Shown piece after piece: positions 7,241 through 16,419 of a DNA stretch of 29,677 bases. Position numbers and translations under genes: made by a program. Each line of letters starts with the position of its first letter. Positions within the stretch are counted from its first letter, which is position 1. This DNA is from a virus. Lineage: Duplodnaviria > Caudoviricetes. A model generated the notes under the pieces. That model was not told where the DNA came from, made no database searches, and was given only the letters and a program-made list of their open reading frames with translations. The stretch covers positions 1-29,677 of the IMG/VR virus record IMGVR_UViG_3300013126_000167. One strand, given 5' to 3'.

Positions 7241-9562
7241 CTAGAGCTTGCAGCTCTCACATTCTTCTTCAATATATTCTTCGACGGGTTGTGTCTGTGG
7301 TGCCGCTTCTTGTTCCATCTTGGCACCTTGTTTGTTAATCAAACTATAGTAGAATGTTTTAATCCCCCACATGTGTGCCTGCATTAGGTTCTTAGCAATT
7401 AGCGTAGTTGGTACTTTACGATCTGACCAGTGTGCCGGATTGTAGAATGTATTAGTACTAATACTTTGATCTACATATGCCGCCAACACTGCGGCTGTTT
7501 TTAAGTAACCATCACAGTCTTTTTGTTCCCACATCAATTGGTAACGATTTTTCAACTTGTTGTATTCCGGTACAACTTGAATAAACGATCCCGCTTTTGA
7601 TTCTTTAACTGTAATTAAACTCATAGGCATTTCAATACCGTTAGTCGAATTAATTACAACGCTTGAACTTTCAACTGGTGCTACTGCCATCAAGGTAGCA
7701 TTACGAACACCATAACTACGCATATCACTACGTAGTTGTTCCCAGTCTAGTTCACGTGTTGGTGTAAAGTCTGCTAGTTCATTAACAGCTTTAGCACGAT
7801 GCTCCCACGGGAAGTGTCCTTGACCGTAGCGTGTATGCTCACTATGCAGACATGCGCCACGTTCTTTGGCTAGTTCTACAGTTGCTTCTGTTAAGTAGAA
7901 TGCCTGATGTTCCATCCATGTTTTAACTTCTTGTAGTGCGTCTGCTTCACCGTAGCGTAAGTTCTTTTTAGCATGCCAGTAAGCTAAGTTTGTAATGCCG
8001 ATACCTAATGGTTGAATCTCGTCGTTACTTAATTTACTTTGAACGCTTAAGAAGTCTTGATAATCTAAGATGTTACATAAGCTACGTTGTAGGATACGGC
8101 AAGCACGGCGCATGTCTTCTGGATTACGGAACGCACCCCAATTAATTGATCCAAGGGTACATAATGCAATACGCCCATCAGCATCGTCAAGGCGCTTAAA
8201 AGGCCGAGTAGGAAGTAGAATTTCACAGCAAAGGTTACTCTGATAAATTGTATGATACTCGGGGTCAAATGGACCCTGGTTCATAACGTTGTCGATAAAC
8301 ACCAAATAGATACGACCTGTATCTGTACGTTCTTTTAAGATGCCACCTTTAAATACTTCTTCTGCGCTCATAACTTTCTTACGTAAGCCAGCTTTCTTCT
8401 CATACTTAACATACAGTTCTTCAAACTTTTCTGTGTTTGAGTAAAATGCTTCGTACAAGTCAGGTACTTCATTTGGGTCAAAGAATGTAATGTTTTCTTT
8501 GTTCTTAAATCTGCGCCAGAACAACGCACTCAATACTACTCCATAGTCCATATGACGTACACGTGTTTCTTCCGTACCTTGATTATTTTTCAATACAATT
8601 AAGTCATCAAACTGGTGATGCCAAATTGGGTAAAACACAGTAGCCGACGCATTGCGGATGCCGCCCTGACTACAGCTACGTAGGTCACCAAACCATTTCT
8701 TCAAAAAGGGAATCATGCCAGTGTGCATGATTTCACCGCCTCGTATAGGGCTTCCCAATGGACGTAAGCGTCCAATCTCCAACCCAATGCCGGCACGTTT
8801 GCTAGCATACTTGGCCATCATTTCTCCCGAAGCAAAGATACTATCAAGATCATCGTCACTACGAATGAGTACACAGCTACTAAATTGTTTAGTGGGTGTT
8901 CCGAGACCAGCAAGCACAGGTGTAGCAAGAGTAAAAAGACCATCACTAGCTGCATTGTAATAATCTCTAATATATTTTAAACGTTGTGCAGGCAACTCGT
9001 TGTGGAATACTGTTGCAGCCGCTACAATATAACGTATTTGTGGTGTTTCGTAAATCTGTTTAGTAGCACGATTGCGCACTAGGTATTTTTCAATCAATTG
9101 TTCGATCGCTGCGTAGCTATATTCTTCGTCTTTGGCATGGTCAAGCATATCATTCATGCGATTCCATTCCTCTTCAGTATACCATTCAAGCAATTCGGGG
9201 GTATAAAGACCTACATCTACATTTTTCTTAACAATTTCTAATAGATGCGGAACTTGGTAATCACCGTAAACATCTTTACGTAGCATACTCAGTCGTTGTT
9301 TACCTGCTACATACTGATAGTTTACATGTCCAACATCTGGTTCATGCTCAATGTCGATTAGATCTACAATAGCACGAAGTGTTAGTTCGTCAATTTCTCT
9401 TGTGCTAATACCATCGTAAAAGTGAGGTTGTGCCTTAATCTCAATCATACTCTGACTCACGTCAGCAATACCAGCACACACTTTACTAATTTGGGCTTGC
9501 CATTTACTGACGTCTAATGGGACGATGGCTCCGCTGCGTTTTTTGACTTGAATATTGCTCAC
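7241..9562 (-). CDS. nrdA: Class Ia ribonucleotide reductase alpha subunit with N-terminal ATP cone
   Basis: VKKRSG ATP cone, QFSSCVL, QSNLCCEI, ALCTL, KTFYY and C-terminal CESC. GTG start with GAGG SD. Confidence 0.97.
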   Translation of the reverse strand: MSNIQVKKRSGAIVPLDVSKWQAQISKVCAGIADVSQSMIEIKAQPHFYDGISTREIDELTLRAIVDLIDIEHEPDVGHVNYQYVAGKQRLSMLRKDVYGDYQVPHLLEIVKKNVDVGLYTPELLEWYTEEEWNRMNDMLDHAKDEEYSYAAIEQLIEKYLVRNRATKQIYETPQIRYIVAAATVFHNELPAQRLKYIRDYYNAASDGLFTLATPVLAGLGTPTKQFSSCVLIRSDDDLDSIFASGEMMAKYASKRAGIGLEIGRLRPLGSPIRGGEIMHTGMIPFLKKWFGDLRSCSQGGIRNASATVFYPIWHHQFDDLIVLKNNQGTEETRVRHMDYGVVLSALFWRRFKNKENITFFDPNEVPDLYEAFYSNTEKFEELYVKYEKKAGLRKKVMSAEEVFKGGILKERTDTGRIYLVFIDNVMNQGPFDPEYHTIYQSNLCCEILLPTRPFKRLDDADGRIALCTLGSINWGAFRNPEDMRRACRILQRSLCNILDYQDFLSVQSKLSNDEIQPLGIGITNLAYWHAKKNLRYGEADALQEVKTWMEHQAFYLTEATVELAKERGACLHSEHTRYGQGHFPWEHRAKAVNELADFTPTRELDWEQLRSDMRSYGVRNATLMAVAPVESSSVVINSTNGIEMPMSLITVKESKAGSFIQVVPEYNKLKNRYQLMWEQKDCDGYLKTAAVLAAYVDQSISTNTFYNPAHWSDRKVPTTLIAKNLMQAHMWGIKTFYYSLINKQGAKMEQEAAPQTQPVEEYIEEECESCKL

Positions 9563-9576
9563 TTGATTGCCTCTTA

Positions 9577-10038
9577 TTAATACTTGTCTAATTGTAAATC
9601 TTTACTTGAATATTTGTAAAGTAAATCTAATTTTTGTTCTTCGATCTGTTGTGTATTTACTATCTCAAAAGGATAGTAATTAAGAATATATTTTCCACCA
9701 TCAATCCAAGCTACATTGTATCTATTTTTGTCTTTATAGTCATAATATGTACGGAGTTCCAAATCCAATGACTTATGACTGGTAAAGTATATAGTATAAA
9801 TGATTCCTAGACTTTTAGCAACATCACAATAGTAATTTTCGGCTAATAAAGTCCAAGGATCTGGCCAATTACTAGTGTCACTGGGGTCTAAATAATAGGT
9901 AACAAATGGAGCACTGCTCCAAAGTTGATTTAATTCTTGTACCGCTAAATCTAATGGAAGATCACCGAGCTTGTGCCTGAAATCTTTCCATTGAGTTAAC
10001 CGATCATTAACTCTTAAATTCCAAAAATTTGGCCACAT
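9577..10038 (-). CDS. Hypothetical protein (possible transglutaminase/cysteine-protease-like fold)
   Basis: 153 aa ORF packed in the operon. WPDPWTLL..NYYCDVAKSLG loosely resembles LapG-type W.TP.E...DCEDYAIAK; function is weakly supported. Confidence 0.55.
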   Translation of the reverse strand: MWPNFWNLRVNDRLTQWKDFRHKLGDLPLDLAVQELNQLWSSAPFVTYYLDPSDTSNWPDPWTLLAENYYCDVAKSLGIIYTIYFTSHKSLDLELRTYYDYKDKNRYNVAWIDGGKYILNYYPFEIVNTQQIEEQKLDLLYKYSSKDLQLDKY

Positions 10039-10039
10039 A

Positions 10040-11593
10040 TTATATAAATGATCTTACAGTGTATTTTAAGGTTGCATCATCACCAGTACTGGTTGTACTG
10101 TAAGTTAGTGTTACGTTTGCTCCATACCCTGTGAAATCTAAAGTGACCCCTGTAGATGCTGTTTCAGAATAGTCATCTTCATAAACTGCCGAGCCGCTGG
10201 CCTGGGTTACTTTGATCGTACCAATTCTATTTGCAGTATCTCGTGTGATCCTATAATCAATTATGTTTGTAGAAGTTGAGCTAATAATTAAACTAGTATT
10301 TGCGGACGTATTGTCTAGTAATGTTTCAGTAAAACCAGCAGAATCGGCCACTGACCCAAATGTTGTAGTTTGTGTTAGTGTACCTTGAGTTGATGATAGT
10401 GTTTCGATGGTTGGTTTAATAATAATATTCGAATATGTTCGATCAAATAAGTCGCCAACGCTATAATTATTTTGCGTATTCCACGAGATAATAGCACTGT
10501 TTGCACCTGTGCCATTCATCACTGCACCGTCACTGTTGCCGCATACGGTAAAATAGTTATAGGCCGAAACTATGCTGCTATTATCGCTACTATAAATTGC
10601 TTGTTTTGCAATATTTTGGAATTTACTAGCTGTAATTCTAACGCCACTGGGACTCGACACATTTGCACTTGCAGTAACACCCTGATATAGATTACTCAAT
10701 TGACTTTGATCTAATGTAAAGTTTGTGACATTTCCCTGTAGGTTTACTCCGTATGTGGAGTCAGCAAATCGACAACGGTTAAAAGATAAATTAGTTGCAC
10801 CTCTTGCAGAATCATCTACCACTACACAGGATTTATTATTGCCCGAAGATAGCACAGTAGTTGCACCACCGACAAAATTTACTTCCTCAAAATCTACAAA
10901 ATGACAGCTCTCCAACACCGCAACATCAGTGTCTGTGTCAGTTGATAATGTTAATCCTTTGATGGTAATCTCTGCAGGGGCTACACTAGATGTTGTGTTA
11001 ACATCAACTCCTACATTTCCTCGACTGTCCTTAAGACGAATTACACTATCTGTACCAGATGTTTTATTAAGCACCGTTGCCTCTGCGCCATCACCTACTA
11101 TAGTAGCATACGGTGGGACAAGAATATTAGAACTAATATTATACGTCCCAGCTGGAATTCTAAGAACTCTTCTGACCCCAACTGTTGAGATGTAGTTACT
11201 TGGATATATTTGATCTAATGCTCGTTGCAACGCAGTTGTATAATCACCGCTAAGAGTATCTGCAGCTGTAATAAAATCTCTTAGGCTAATTTGTTCGTCA
11301 AACTTATTTTGAAGACTTCTAGTAACAGGGGTATTTCTTGTTGGACCAGTAACACTAGTGTATCCAGATTCTTGGCCTTTAAACGTATAGCTTTCTATAG
11401 CATTTAGTACGTCACTGTTACTAGTAAGGATTTCTGTGTTACCAATTTCGGGCGCACCTTCTGTTAGCGACCCATTACCAATCCATAGACGCTGTTCGTC
11501 TACACTCCAGCCCATTTCACCAGAAGCTAGTTGCGGTAAATTTTCTTGTAAGCCACGACGGACTTGAATTTTAGAGATCTGAATTACAGCCAT
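10040..11593 (-). CDS. Virion protein: Mtd-N-like anchor plus pectate-lyase-like beta-helix (tailspike/depolymerase-like)
   Basis: N-terminus IQVRRG...LASGEMGW..D..RLWIG, then ISLRDF...DYTTALQRALD...IPAGTYNIS and Asn/Ser/Thr-rich beta-helix rungs. Late-type CATAAATA upstream. Confidence 0.75.
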   Translation of the reverse strand: MAVIQISKIQVRRGLQENLPQLASGEMGWSVDEQRLWIGNGSLTEGAPEIGNTEILTSNSDVLNAIESYTFKGQESGYTSVTGPTRNTPVTRSLQNKFDEQISLRDFITAADTLSGDYTTALQRALDQIYPSNYISTVGVRRVLRIPAGTYNISSNILVPPYATIVGDGAEATVLNKTSGTDSVIRLKDSRGNVGVDVNTTSSVAPAEITIKGLTLSTDTDTDVAVLESCHFVDFEEVNFVGGATTVLSSGNNKSCVVVDDSARGATNLSFNRCRFADSTYGVNLQGNVTNFTLDQSQLSNLYQGVTASANVSSPSGVRITASKFQNIAKQAIYSSDNSSIVSAYNYFTVCGNSDGAVMNGTGANSAIISWNTQNNYSVGDLFDRTYSNIIIKPTIETLSSTQGTLTQTTTFGSVADSAGFTETLLDNTSANTSLIISSTSTNIIDYRITRDTANRIGTIKVTQASGSAVYEDDYSETASTGVTLDFTGYGANVTLTYSTTSTGDDATLKYTVRSFI

Positions 11594-11621
11594 GTTCTTA
11601 ACCTATGATTTATTCTTATAT

Positions 11622-12320
11622 TTATGCTAGTTGGTAATACTGTTCTACTCTCTGAAGCCACTGATCTGTCCACAAATCCCAGTCTGTGCCTTCTACAGTC
11701 CAAGTTTGATACTGTACTGCCTCGTTAGGTTTAGGTGCCACGGCCATTAAGATAACACCCTGTCTAATGTCTGTTCCGTGTGTTTCGTTATGTGCTAGTC
11801 CGTAGGCGACTAATTGGAGGAAATAGTCTTCAATCCACTCAGTTTTCTTAGGTTTATTAGTCTGTTTGTAGTCTAAAATAGCCGGTTTTGACTTGTAAAT
11901 TCCGCAGGCGTCAGTAGTACCAGCATAAAGGCCGCTAACATATAAAGGAACCTCAATTCCCCATATTTCGTCTACGTGAACAAGCCCTTCTTTAATCACT
12001 GCTTGGGCCATTTGATGTGCTTGTTGGCTGTAGGGATTAGTACCCGGAGCATTAAGTACTCTGTTATTCTTAACATAGTCCTCTAAGTATTTGTGCATAC
12101 GTGTACCACGCCCTGCAGCTTCTGTGGTAATTTCAGTGGCACGAACTTCGCCTACCGACCTACGCCAGTTAGCTAGTGCCTCACGTTTCTCTTGAGGTTT
12201 CGTGCGATCTAAAATAGTAGTAACACTAGGAACTTTACTACCATCGGGCAAACAGTAATGTCGTTTACCGTCTATTGTTTCTCTATTAATAGGAGTGTAA
12301 TTGTATCGTTGTATAAGCAT
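11622..12320 (-). CDS. PD-(D/E)XK exonuclease (MGME1/T4-like phage exonuclease type)
   Basis: PSVTTIL, RGTRMHKYLE, IEVPLY, YAGTTD, ILDYKQT and YFLQLVAY. Confidence 0.88.
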   Translation of the reverse strand: MLIQRYNYTPINRETIDGKRHYCLPDGSKVPSVTTILDRTKPQEKREALANWRRSVGEVRATEITTEAAGRGTRMHKYLEDYVKNNRVLNAPGTNPYSQQAHQMAQAVIKEGLVHVDEIWGIEVPLYVSGLYAGTTDACGIYKSKPAILDYKQTNKPKKTEWIEDYFLQLVAYGLAHNETHGTDIRQGVILMAVAPKPNEAVQYQTWTVEGTDWDLWTDQWLQRVEQYYQLA

Positions 12321-12326
12321 ATTAAT

Positions 12327-12355
12327 AGTATATATGCTTTAGACTAGACTGTAAA
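12327..12355 (-). promoter_or_regulatory. Sigma70-like leaderless promoter of the exonuclease
   Basis: On the - strand: TTTACA, 17-nt spacer, TATACT, then 6 nt to ATG with no SD. Confidence 0.6.
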
Positions 12356-12664
12356 GGATTCTCCGCAGCCACATTTACCAGATTCGTTGGGATTAATAAA
12401 TTCAAAGCCTTCGTTTAGTCCCTTCTTTTGCCAATCTATTTGCAGACCTTGCAAGTACACCAAATCCTTTCCGCTTACAAATATACTAACACCCCAACTT
12501 TTAAATTCGTCATCCCACGAATTGCGCTCATCAACAAATTCTAACACGTAGCTCATGCCACTACAACCAGCAGTTTTGACGCCAATCTTAATGCCTATGC
12601 CCTTGCCTCTGGCTTTCAGACTAGCGCGAACTTTTTCTGCAGCTATTTCAGTTAAGGTAATCAT
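12344..12664 (-). CDS. iscA: Fe-S cluster assembly A-type carrier IscA
   Basis: [38 protein letters not shown] and CGCGESF. Confidence 0.93.
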   Translation of the reverse strand: MITLTEIAAEKVRASLKARGKGIGIKIGVKTAGCSGMSYVLEFVDERNSWDDEFKSWGVSIFVSGKDLVYLQGLQIDWQKKGLNEGFEFINPNESGKCGCGESFTV

Positions 12665-12990
12665 ACACCAAAACTACTACCACATCCACAGGTAGTTTGT
12701 GCATTAGGATTTTTAATTGAAAATTGGCTACCACTTAGGCTTTCTGTGTAGTCAATTTCGGCACCATTTAAGTACTGACCGCTCATACTGTCTATCAGTA
12801 GATGTACTCCGTCGAACTCTAAGTCAAAATCATCTTCATTTACATCTTCATCAAACGTAAATCCGTACTGAAAACCACTGCATCCGCCACCTTGTACAAA
12901 CATACGCAGTTTTAAGTTTGGATTGTTTTCTTCTGCTAATAATTCTTTAACTTTATTAACAGCATTATCATTCATTTTAACTAGTTCCAT
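12661..12990 (-). CDS. erpA: Fe-S cluster insertion protein ErpA (A-type carrier)
   Basis: [23 protein letters not shown] and [17 protein letters not shown] at 12990 with AGGA SD. Confidence 0.9.
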   Translation of the reverse strand: MELVKMNDNAVNKVKELLAEENNPNLKLRMFVQGGGCSGFQYGFTFDEDVNEDDFDLEFDGVHLLIDSMSGQYLNGAEIDYTESLSGSQFSIKNPNAQTTCGCGSSFGV

Positions 12991-13360
12991 GTTTTTTCCT
13001 ATAATCATCTATAGCACTTTTAATAGCATCTTCTGCTAAAACCGAACAGTGGATCTTAACTGGGGGTAAGGCAAGTTCTTCGGCAATCTCGCTATTCTTA
13101 ATCTCTTGAGCTTGGTCAAGCGTTCGACCTTTAAGCCACTCAGTGACCAAACTAGAACTAGCTATTGCACTTCCACAACCGTAGGTCTTAAATTTTGCGT
13201 CCGTAATAATACCGTTTTCTACCTTTATTTGTAGTTTCATTACATCACCGCAAGCTGGCGCACCAACCATACCTGTGCCAACTTGCGGATCTTCCTTATC
13301 CATACTCCCAACATTTCTAGGATTTTCATAATGATCTAGGACCATTTTTGAATAGGCCAT
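12977..13360 (-). CDS. iscU: Fe-S cluster scaffold IscU
   Basis: [36 protein letters not shown] and [22 protein letters not shown]. Confidence 0.97.
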   Translation of the reverse strand: MAYSKMVLDHYENPRNVGSMDKEDPQVGTGMVGAPACGDVMKLQIKVENGIITDAKFKTYGCGSAIASSSLVTEWLKGRTLDQAQEIKNSEIAEELALPPVKIHCSVLAEDAIKSAIDDYRKKHGTS

Positions 13361-13385
13361 ACTTATTCTCCAATAGTTGAGTACA

Positions 13386-13414
13386 ATACTAAACTATTTA
13401 TATTTGCCTGTCAA
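13386..13414 (-). promoter_or_regulatory. Nested sigma70 and T4-late-like promoter of iscU-erpA-iscA
   Basis: TTGACA (13414-13409), 17-nt spacer, TAGTAT (13391-13386). A perfect TATAAATA (13402-13395) lies inside the spacer. Confidence 0.7.
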
Positions 13415-13420
13415 GAGTTT

Positions 13421-13810
13421 TTAGAATATATCAGAGTCGCGTTTTTTAGCCGCACGTTTAGCCATGCTAGTTACGTCGTCGACTGGATTTTGTGTAGGAT
13501 CACCCTCTTCAGGGTTTGTTGTTGTAAGATTGTTAGCAGCATCTGCGCCCGTAGGGCGGAGTTCTACGTAATCTTTATTAAATGTTTTGATAAGATTTTT
13601 AACTGCCGGATTTGTCTCGTTTGCTGATACAAGAGCATCATAGTCGAATGTTTTGTCTGTGTTTAATACTAGGTTAATAACTGATTGAGTTTTAATTTTA
13701 ACAGGAGTTTGGTCATTGTCGCTGTAACGGTGACGTAATAGCTCCAGAGCCGTTGTTAAATTTGACTCTGGAGTATTTTTTGGGCTGTGAATAAACTCAT
13801 CAATACGCAT
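13421..13810 (-). CDS. Hypothetical late protein (possible head-internal protein)
   Basis: 129 aa, TAATG-coupled to the upstream gene. N-terminus MRIDEFI. Confidence 0.7.
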   Translation of the reverse strand: MRIDEFIHSPKNTPESNLTTALELLRHRYSDNDQTPVKIKTQSVINLVLNTDKTFDYDALVSANETNPAVKNLIKTFNKDYVELRPTGADAANNLTTTNPEEGDPTQNPVDDVTSMAKRAAKKRDSDIF

Positions 13811-14490
13811 TAGCGCAATTCACGGCCTAATTCTTCGCCGCCTGTAGCTGCGTCAGTTGCTGCGAACCCATCTGTTTCTGGTTCTTCAATATCTAGGTCA
13901 CTGGCAGGAGCAGGTAACTCTTCCATATCTGCTTTAAGGTTATCACCACCCAACTCCATTGGCTGTGGTGCTTGGCCAGTTAAAATACCCACCCCACTAT
14001 CAACCCCCTCGCGTGCTGCCTGCAAATTCTGCATTAGTGTTTCTAATGTTGTGCCCACTGCCTGTTTAAATTGTTCAGCTTGGTCGCTGCCAACTTGATC
14101 ACGAATACTATCGAGCAATTGAGGTAGCTGCTCATTTTGCATTTTGCCAACTTTTTCAATAGTGTCTTGCACACTGTCAACCATATCTTTAGCAGCCAAT
14201 AATACTTCAGCATTGCCAACTTCGCCCTCATTCAATTGGCTACGTTGCTCTTCTAACCAACGCCCAAGACCTTCCTGAACGGTTAACAACTCCATATAAC
14301 GCGGATTTCGTTCAGCTGAGTGAAAATCTACGCTATGGCGAATTTTGTTTAGATTAGCATCGATTGTTTCGCTCAACCGCTGGGCTTTTTCAACAGTTAG
14401 CGTATCGTAATTAATAGTAAAGCCAAAACGACTTTCTAATACTTTGTTTAATTGTTTTGCTGATGTCTGTGACATTTCTGAGAGTTTCAT
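13810..14490 (-). CDS. Hypothetical late protein, helical with acidic tail (possible scaffold/core protein)
   Basis: 226 aa with AGGA SD and CTAAATA upstream (14517-14523). N-terminus MKLSEM. Confidence 0.7.
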   Translation of the reverse strand: MKLSEMSQTSAKQLNKVLESRFGFTINYDTLTVEKAQRLSETIDANLNKIRHSVDFHSAERNPRYMELLTVQEGLGRWLEEQRSQLNEGEVGNAEVLLAAKDMVDSVQDTIEKVGKMQNEQLPQLLDSIRDQVGSDQAEQFKQAVGTTLETLMQNLQAAREGVDSGVGILTGQAPQPMELGGDNLKADMEELPAPASDLDIEEPETDGFAATDAATGGEELGRELR

Positions 14491-14503
14491 AGTTTTGTAG
14501 TTC

Positions 14504-15001
14504 CTAAACTTTAATATATTTAGTCGAGTTTATCGATTTCTTTAAATCTTGCTTGGTCTGCTCTATACGGCGCATTGTTTCGAGGTATTTATTGCTGTAT
14601 AGCTCTATTCCCCATTCATCGTTTTTATCTGTTGCTTTTTTATAACGGTGGCGATATAGTGCAGCATCAAATTCTAATCTATTTAATAAATTATCCTTTT
14701 CATAGATGTCTTTAGCCAATGAGAATTGATTTTTATGCACTGCAACACAATAAAATATAGCATCTTTTCTGGTGAAAAAATCAAAACCCTGTTGGCCATT
14801 TTCATATACACGCCAGCACTTTTCGTCAATTTTAACTACTCGGTTACAACCAACTAATACGTCCGTGCCAATTTGATAACAGAATGGTAAATTTTGATCT
14901 TGCTTAGATAACCTTTCAAGTTCTTGTTGTGTAAATCTTCGAATTTTCTCTATATCAAATTCAAGAGATTCGTTTTTTATAGACGATTTTGCCTTGTTCA
15001 T
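14504..15001 (-). CDS. Hypothetical protein
   Basis: 165 aa ORF filling the operon and overlapping the upstream gene; start uncertain. Confidence 0.65.
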   Translation of the reverse strand: MNKAKSSIKNESLEFDIEKIRRFTQQELERLSKQDQNLPFCYQIGTDVLVGCNRVVKIDEKCWRVYENGQQGFDFFTRKDAIFYCVAVHKNQFSLAKDIYEKDNLLNRLEFDAALYRHRYKKATDKNDEWGIELYSNKYLETMRRIEQTKQDLKKSINSTKYIKV

Positions 15002-15170
15002 TGATTCTAATTAGAACGTCCTTAACCGTTAGCTGATTTGCCAACACCTGTTCACGTTCAGTTAATTGATTTTTAGGCAACACCAAATTATCATCGAATC
15101 GAGATAACAGTTCGTGTTCCTCGTTAGTTATAGGTAATAATACGTTGTTAGTTAGTTCTACGATTTTCAT
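14961..15170 (-). CDS. Small hypothetical late protein
   Basis: 69 aa, N-terminus MKIVEL, with AATAAATA upstream (15193-15200). Confidence 0.65.
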   Translation of the reverse strand: MKIVELTNNVLLPITNEEHELLSRFDDNLVLPKNQLTEREQVLANQLTVKDVLIRINEQGKIVYKKRIS

Positions 15171-15195
15171 AAAGTTTGCCTGGTGCTAACTTTAT

Positions 15196-15477
15196 TTATT
15201 TGAATAAGCCCGAGGCAAAAATTCCAATAAGAGCCGCAAGAATAATGCCAAATACTGACATTAGGATACTGATAGTTTTGTCGCTGTGTTTAGCATCAGT
15301 AGCAGTCACAGCATTTTTAATTTCAACAAGATGCGATTCAAACTTGTCCATACGATTGTCCAAATTGTCCATCCGTCCTTCTAAATTTTCTAGTTTAGTT
15401 TCCAAGTTTTTGTACCTCTCGGCACAGATCTCAACGTGGGCTTCTAAGTTCTTTTTCTCAATTTCAGTGGTTGACAT
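15196..15477 (-). CDS. Coiled-coil protein with C-terminal transmembrane helix (XhlA/holin-like)
   Basis: Heptad repeats LETKLENLEGRMDNLDNRMDKF followed by hydrophobic ISILMSVFGIILAALIGIF. ATG at 15477 with GAGAG upstream. Confidence 0.65.
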   Translation of the reverse strand: MSTTEIEKKNLEAHVEICAERYKNLETKLENLEGRMDNLDNRMDKFESHLVEIKNAVTATDAKHSDKTISILMSVFGIILAALIGIFASGLFK

Positions 15478-15575
15478 ACGTCGCTCTCTCAACAAGTGCG
15501 ATGCTCTTTGAATGTGCCGTAATCAGTTGCCTATTTGTGCCTTAATAAGATGCCTAGCATCAACTAATATTTATT
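15478..15575 (-). promoter_or_regulatory. Structured 5' leader with four GGCA repeats behind a late-type promoter
   Basis: AATAAATA at 15575-15568. GGCA at 15554-51, 15541-38, 15531-28 and 15518-15. GATGCT/AGCATC flanking stem and a TCGC...GCGA hairpin over the SD. Confidence 0.5.
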
Positions 15576-15996
15576 CAGGTTTTTGTGCTATAAAGTATAT
15601 GTTTTTTTCAGGGCCGCTCGCGTAAAACAGTGGCAACGTAGGTTTTGCAGTTTCTGACAGATTTAAAATTATAGGAGTTATTTTAAAATCATCTTTAAGA
15701 GATCCGTATCGATCTATATCAGTACTAAAAATACCATCATGTTCTACAGCAAATTCAAAATTCCAAACATTGTGCATTCCAGAATAATTTATACCAAAAG
15801 AAAACTTTTGCAGGTCGCATGTGGTACATCCTAGGTATTTAAAGTCAATTAATTGTACACGCAAACTTAAAATCTGCTGAACAGTTTCCCAATTTCTTTG
15901 CTGATTTCGTTTGAATTGGTCCGTTGGTGCAGTTACATTGGTATTAGTTATATCAACTAATGTAAATCCTCGATATCTATATAATAGCATATTCAT
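15571..15996 (-). CDS. Hypothetical protein
   Basis: 141 aa (TLVDIT.T...RNQQRNWETV.Q) with TTAAATA just upstream of the ATG. Confidence 0.7.
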   Translation of the reverse strand: MNMLLYRYRGFTLVDITNTNVTAPTDQFKRNQQRNWETVQQILSLRVQLIDFKYLGCTTCDLQKFSFGINYSGMHNVWNFEFAVEHDGIFSTDIDRYGSLKDDFKITPIILNLSETAKPTLPLFYASGPEKNIYFIAQKPE

Positions 15997-16014
15997 ACAG
16001 ATATTTAAGTCAAG

Positions 16015-16043
16015 AAAAAAGGCACTATAAAAAAGTGCCTTTT
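16015..16043 (-). terminator. Rho-independent terminator, possibly bidirectional
   Basis: AAAAGGCACT (16017-16026) and AGTGCCTTTT (16034-16043) form an inverted repeat with a U-tract on the - strand, just downstream of 16067..16372. Confidence 0.85.
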
Positions 16044-16066
16044 GATCTTCAATCTAATTTATTAAA

Positions 16067-16372
16067 TTAGAATGTGTATGCTGCTACAGTTGTTGTTGCT
16101 ACTGCTGCGTTGCAAATACCTTGCAATGAAGCTGTACCTGAAGTTGCAGCAGGAGCTGCACCAGAAATAGCTACACGGAAAGCATCACTAGATGGTGTAC
16201 CTAAGATTTCTACTGTACCTACTGTTTCAATAGCACGAACTAGTTTTTCAAAATCGCTGTCTACAGATGTATAACCAACATGAACGTTTGTTAAACCAAT
16301 TGTATACATCGCAAGGCTACGACCTGTGGTTACTACTGGTGCTGCACCGCCATTTACACGAGTTACTGACAT
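16067..16372 (-). CDS. Small Ala/Thr/Val-rich, probably abundant virion protein
   Basis: MSVTRVNG start. Has its own GATAAATA promoter (16414-16421), a 5' GAAA-tetraloop hairpin, a strong AGGAG SD and its own terminator. Confidence 0.7.
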   Translation of the reverse strand: MSVTRVNGGAAPVVTTGRSLAMYTIGLTNVHVGYTSVDSDFEKLVRAIETVGTVEILGTPSSDAFRVAISGAAPAATSGTASLQGICNAAVATTTVAAYTF

Positions 16373-16419
16373 AATATTTCTCCTAAATTATTTTACGCTT
16401 TCGCGCATACTTTTATTTA

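Noticed and set aside
7234-7326. Basic N-terminal extension of NrdB (MPRWNKKRHHRH...)
   Set aside because: It overlaps the nrdA 3' end in another frame. ATG 7233 has an SD and gives a normal-length NrdB.
6133-9562. Introns or inteins in nrdA, nrdB (also helicases)
   Set aside because: Reading frames are continuous, lengths are normal, and no intein C/S...HN motifs were seen.
11622-12320. Cas4 or Fe-S nuclease as client of the adjacent isc genes
   Set aside because: Only two Cys and no C-terminal CxxC-x5-C cluster. No CRISPR repeats are present in the window.
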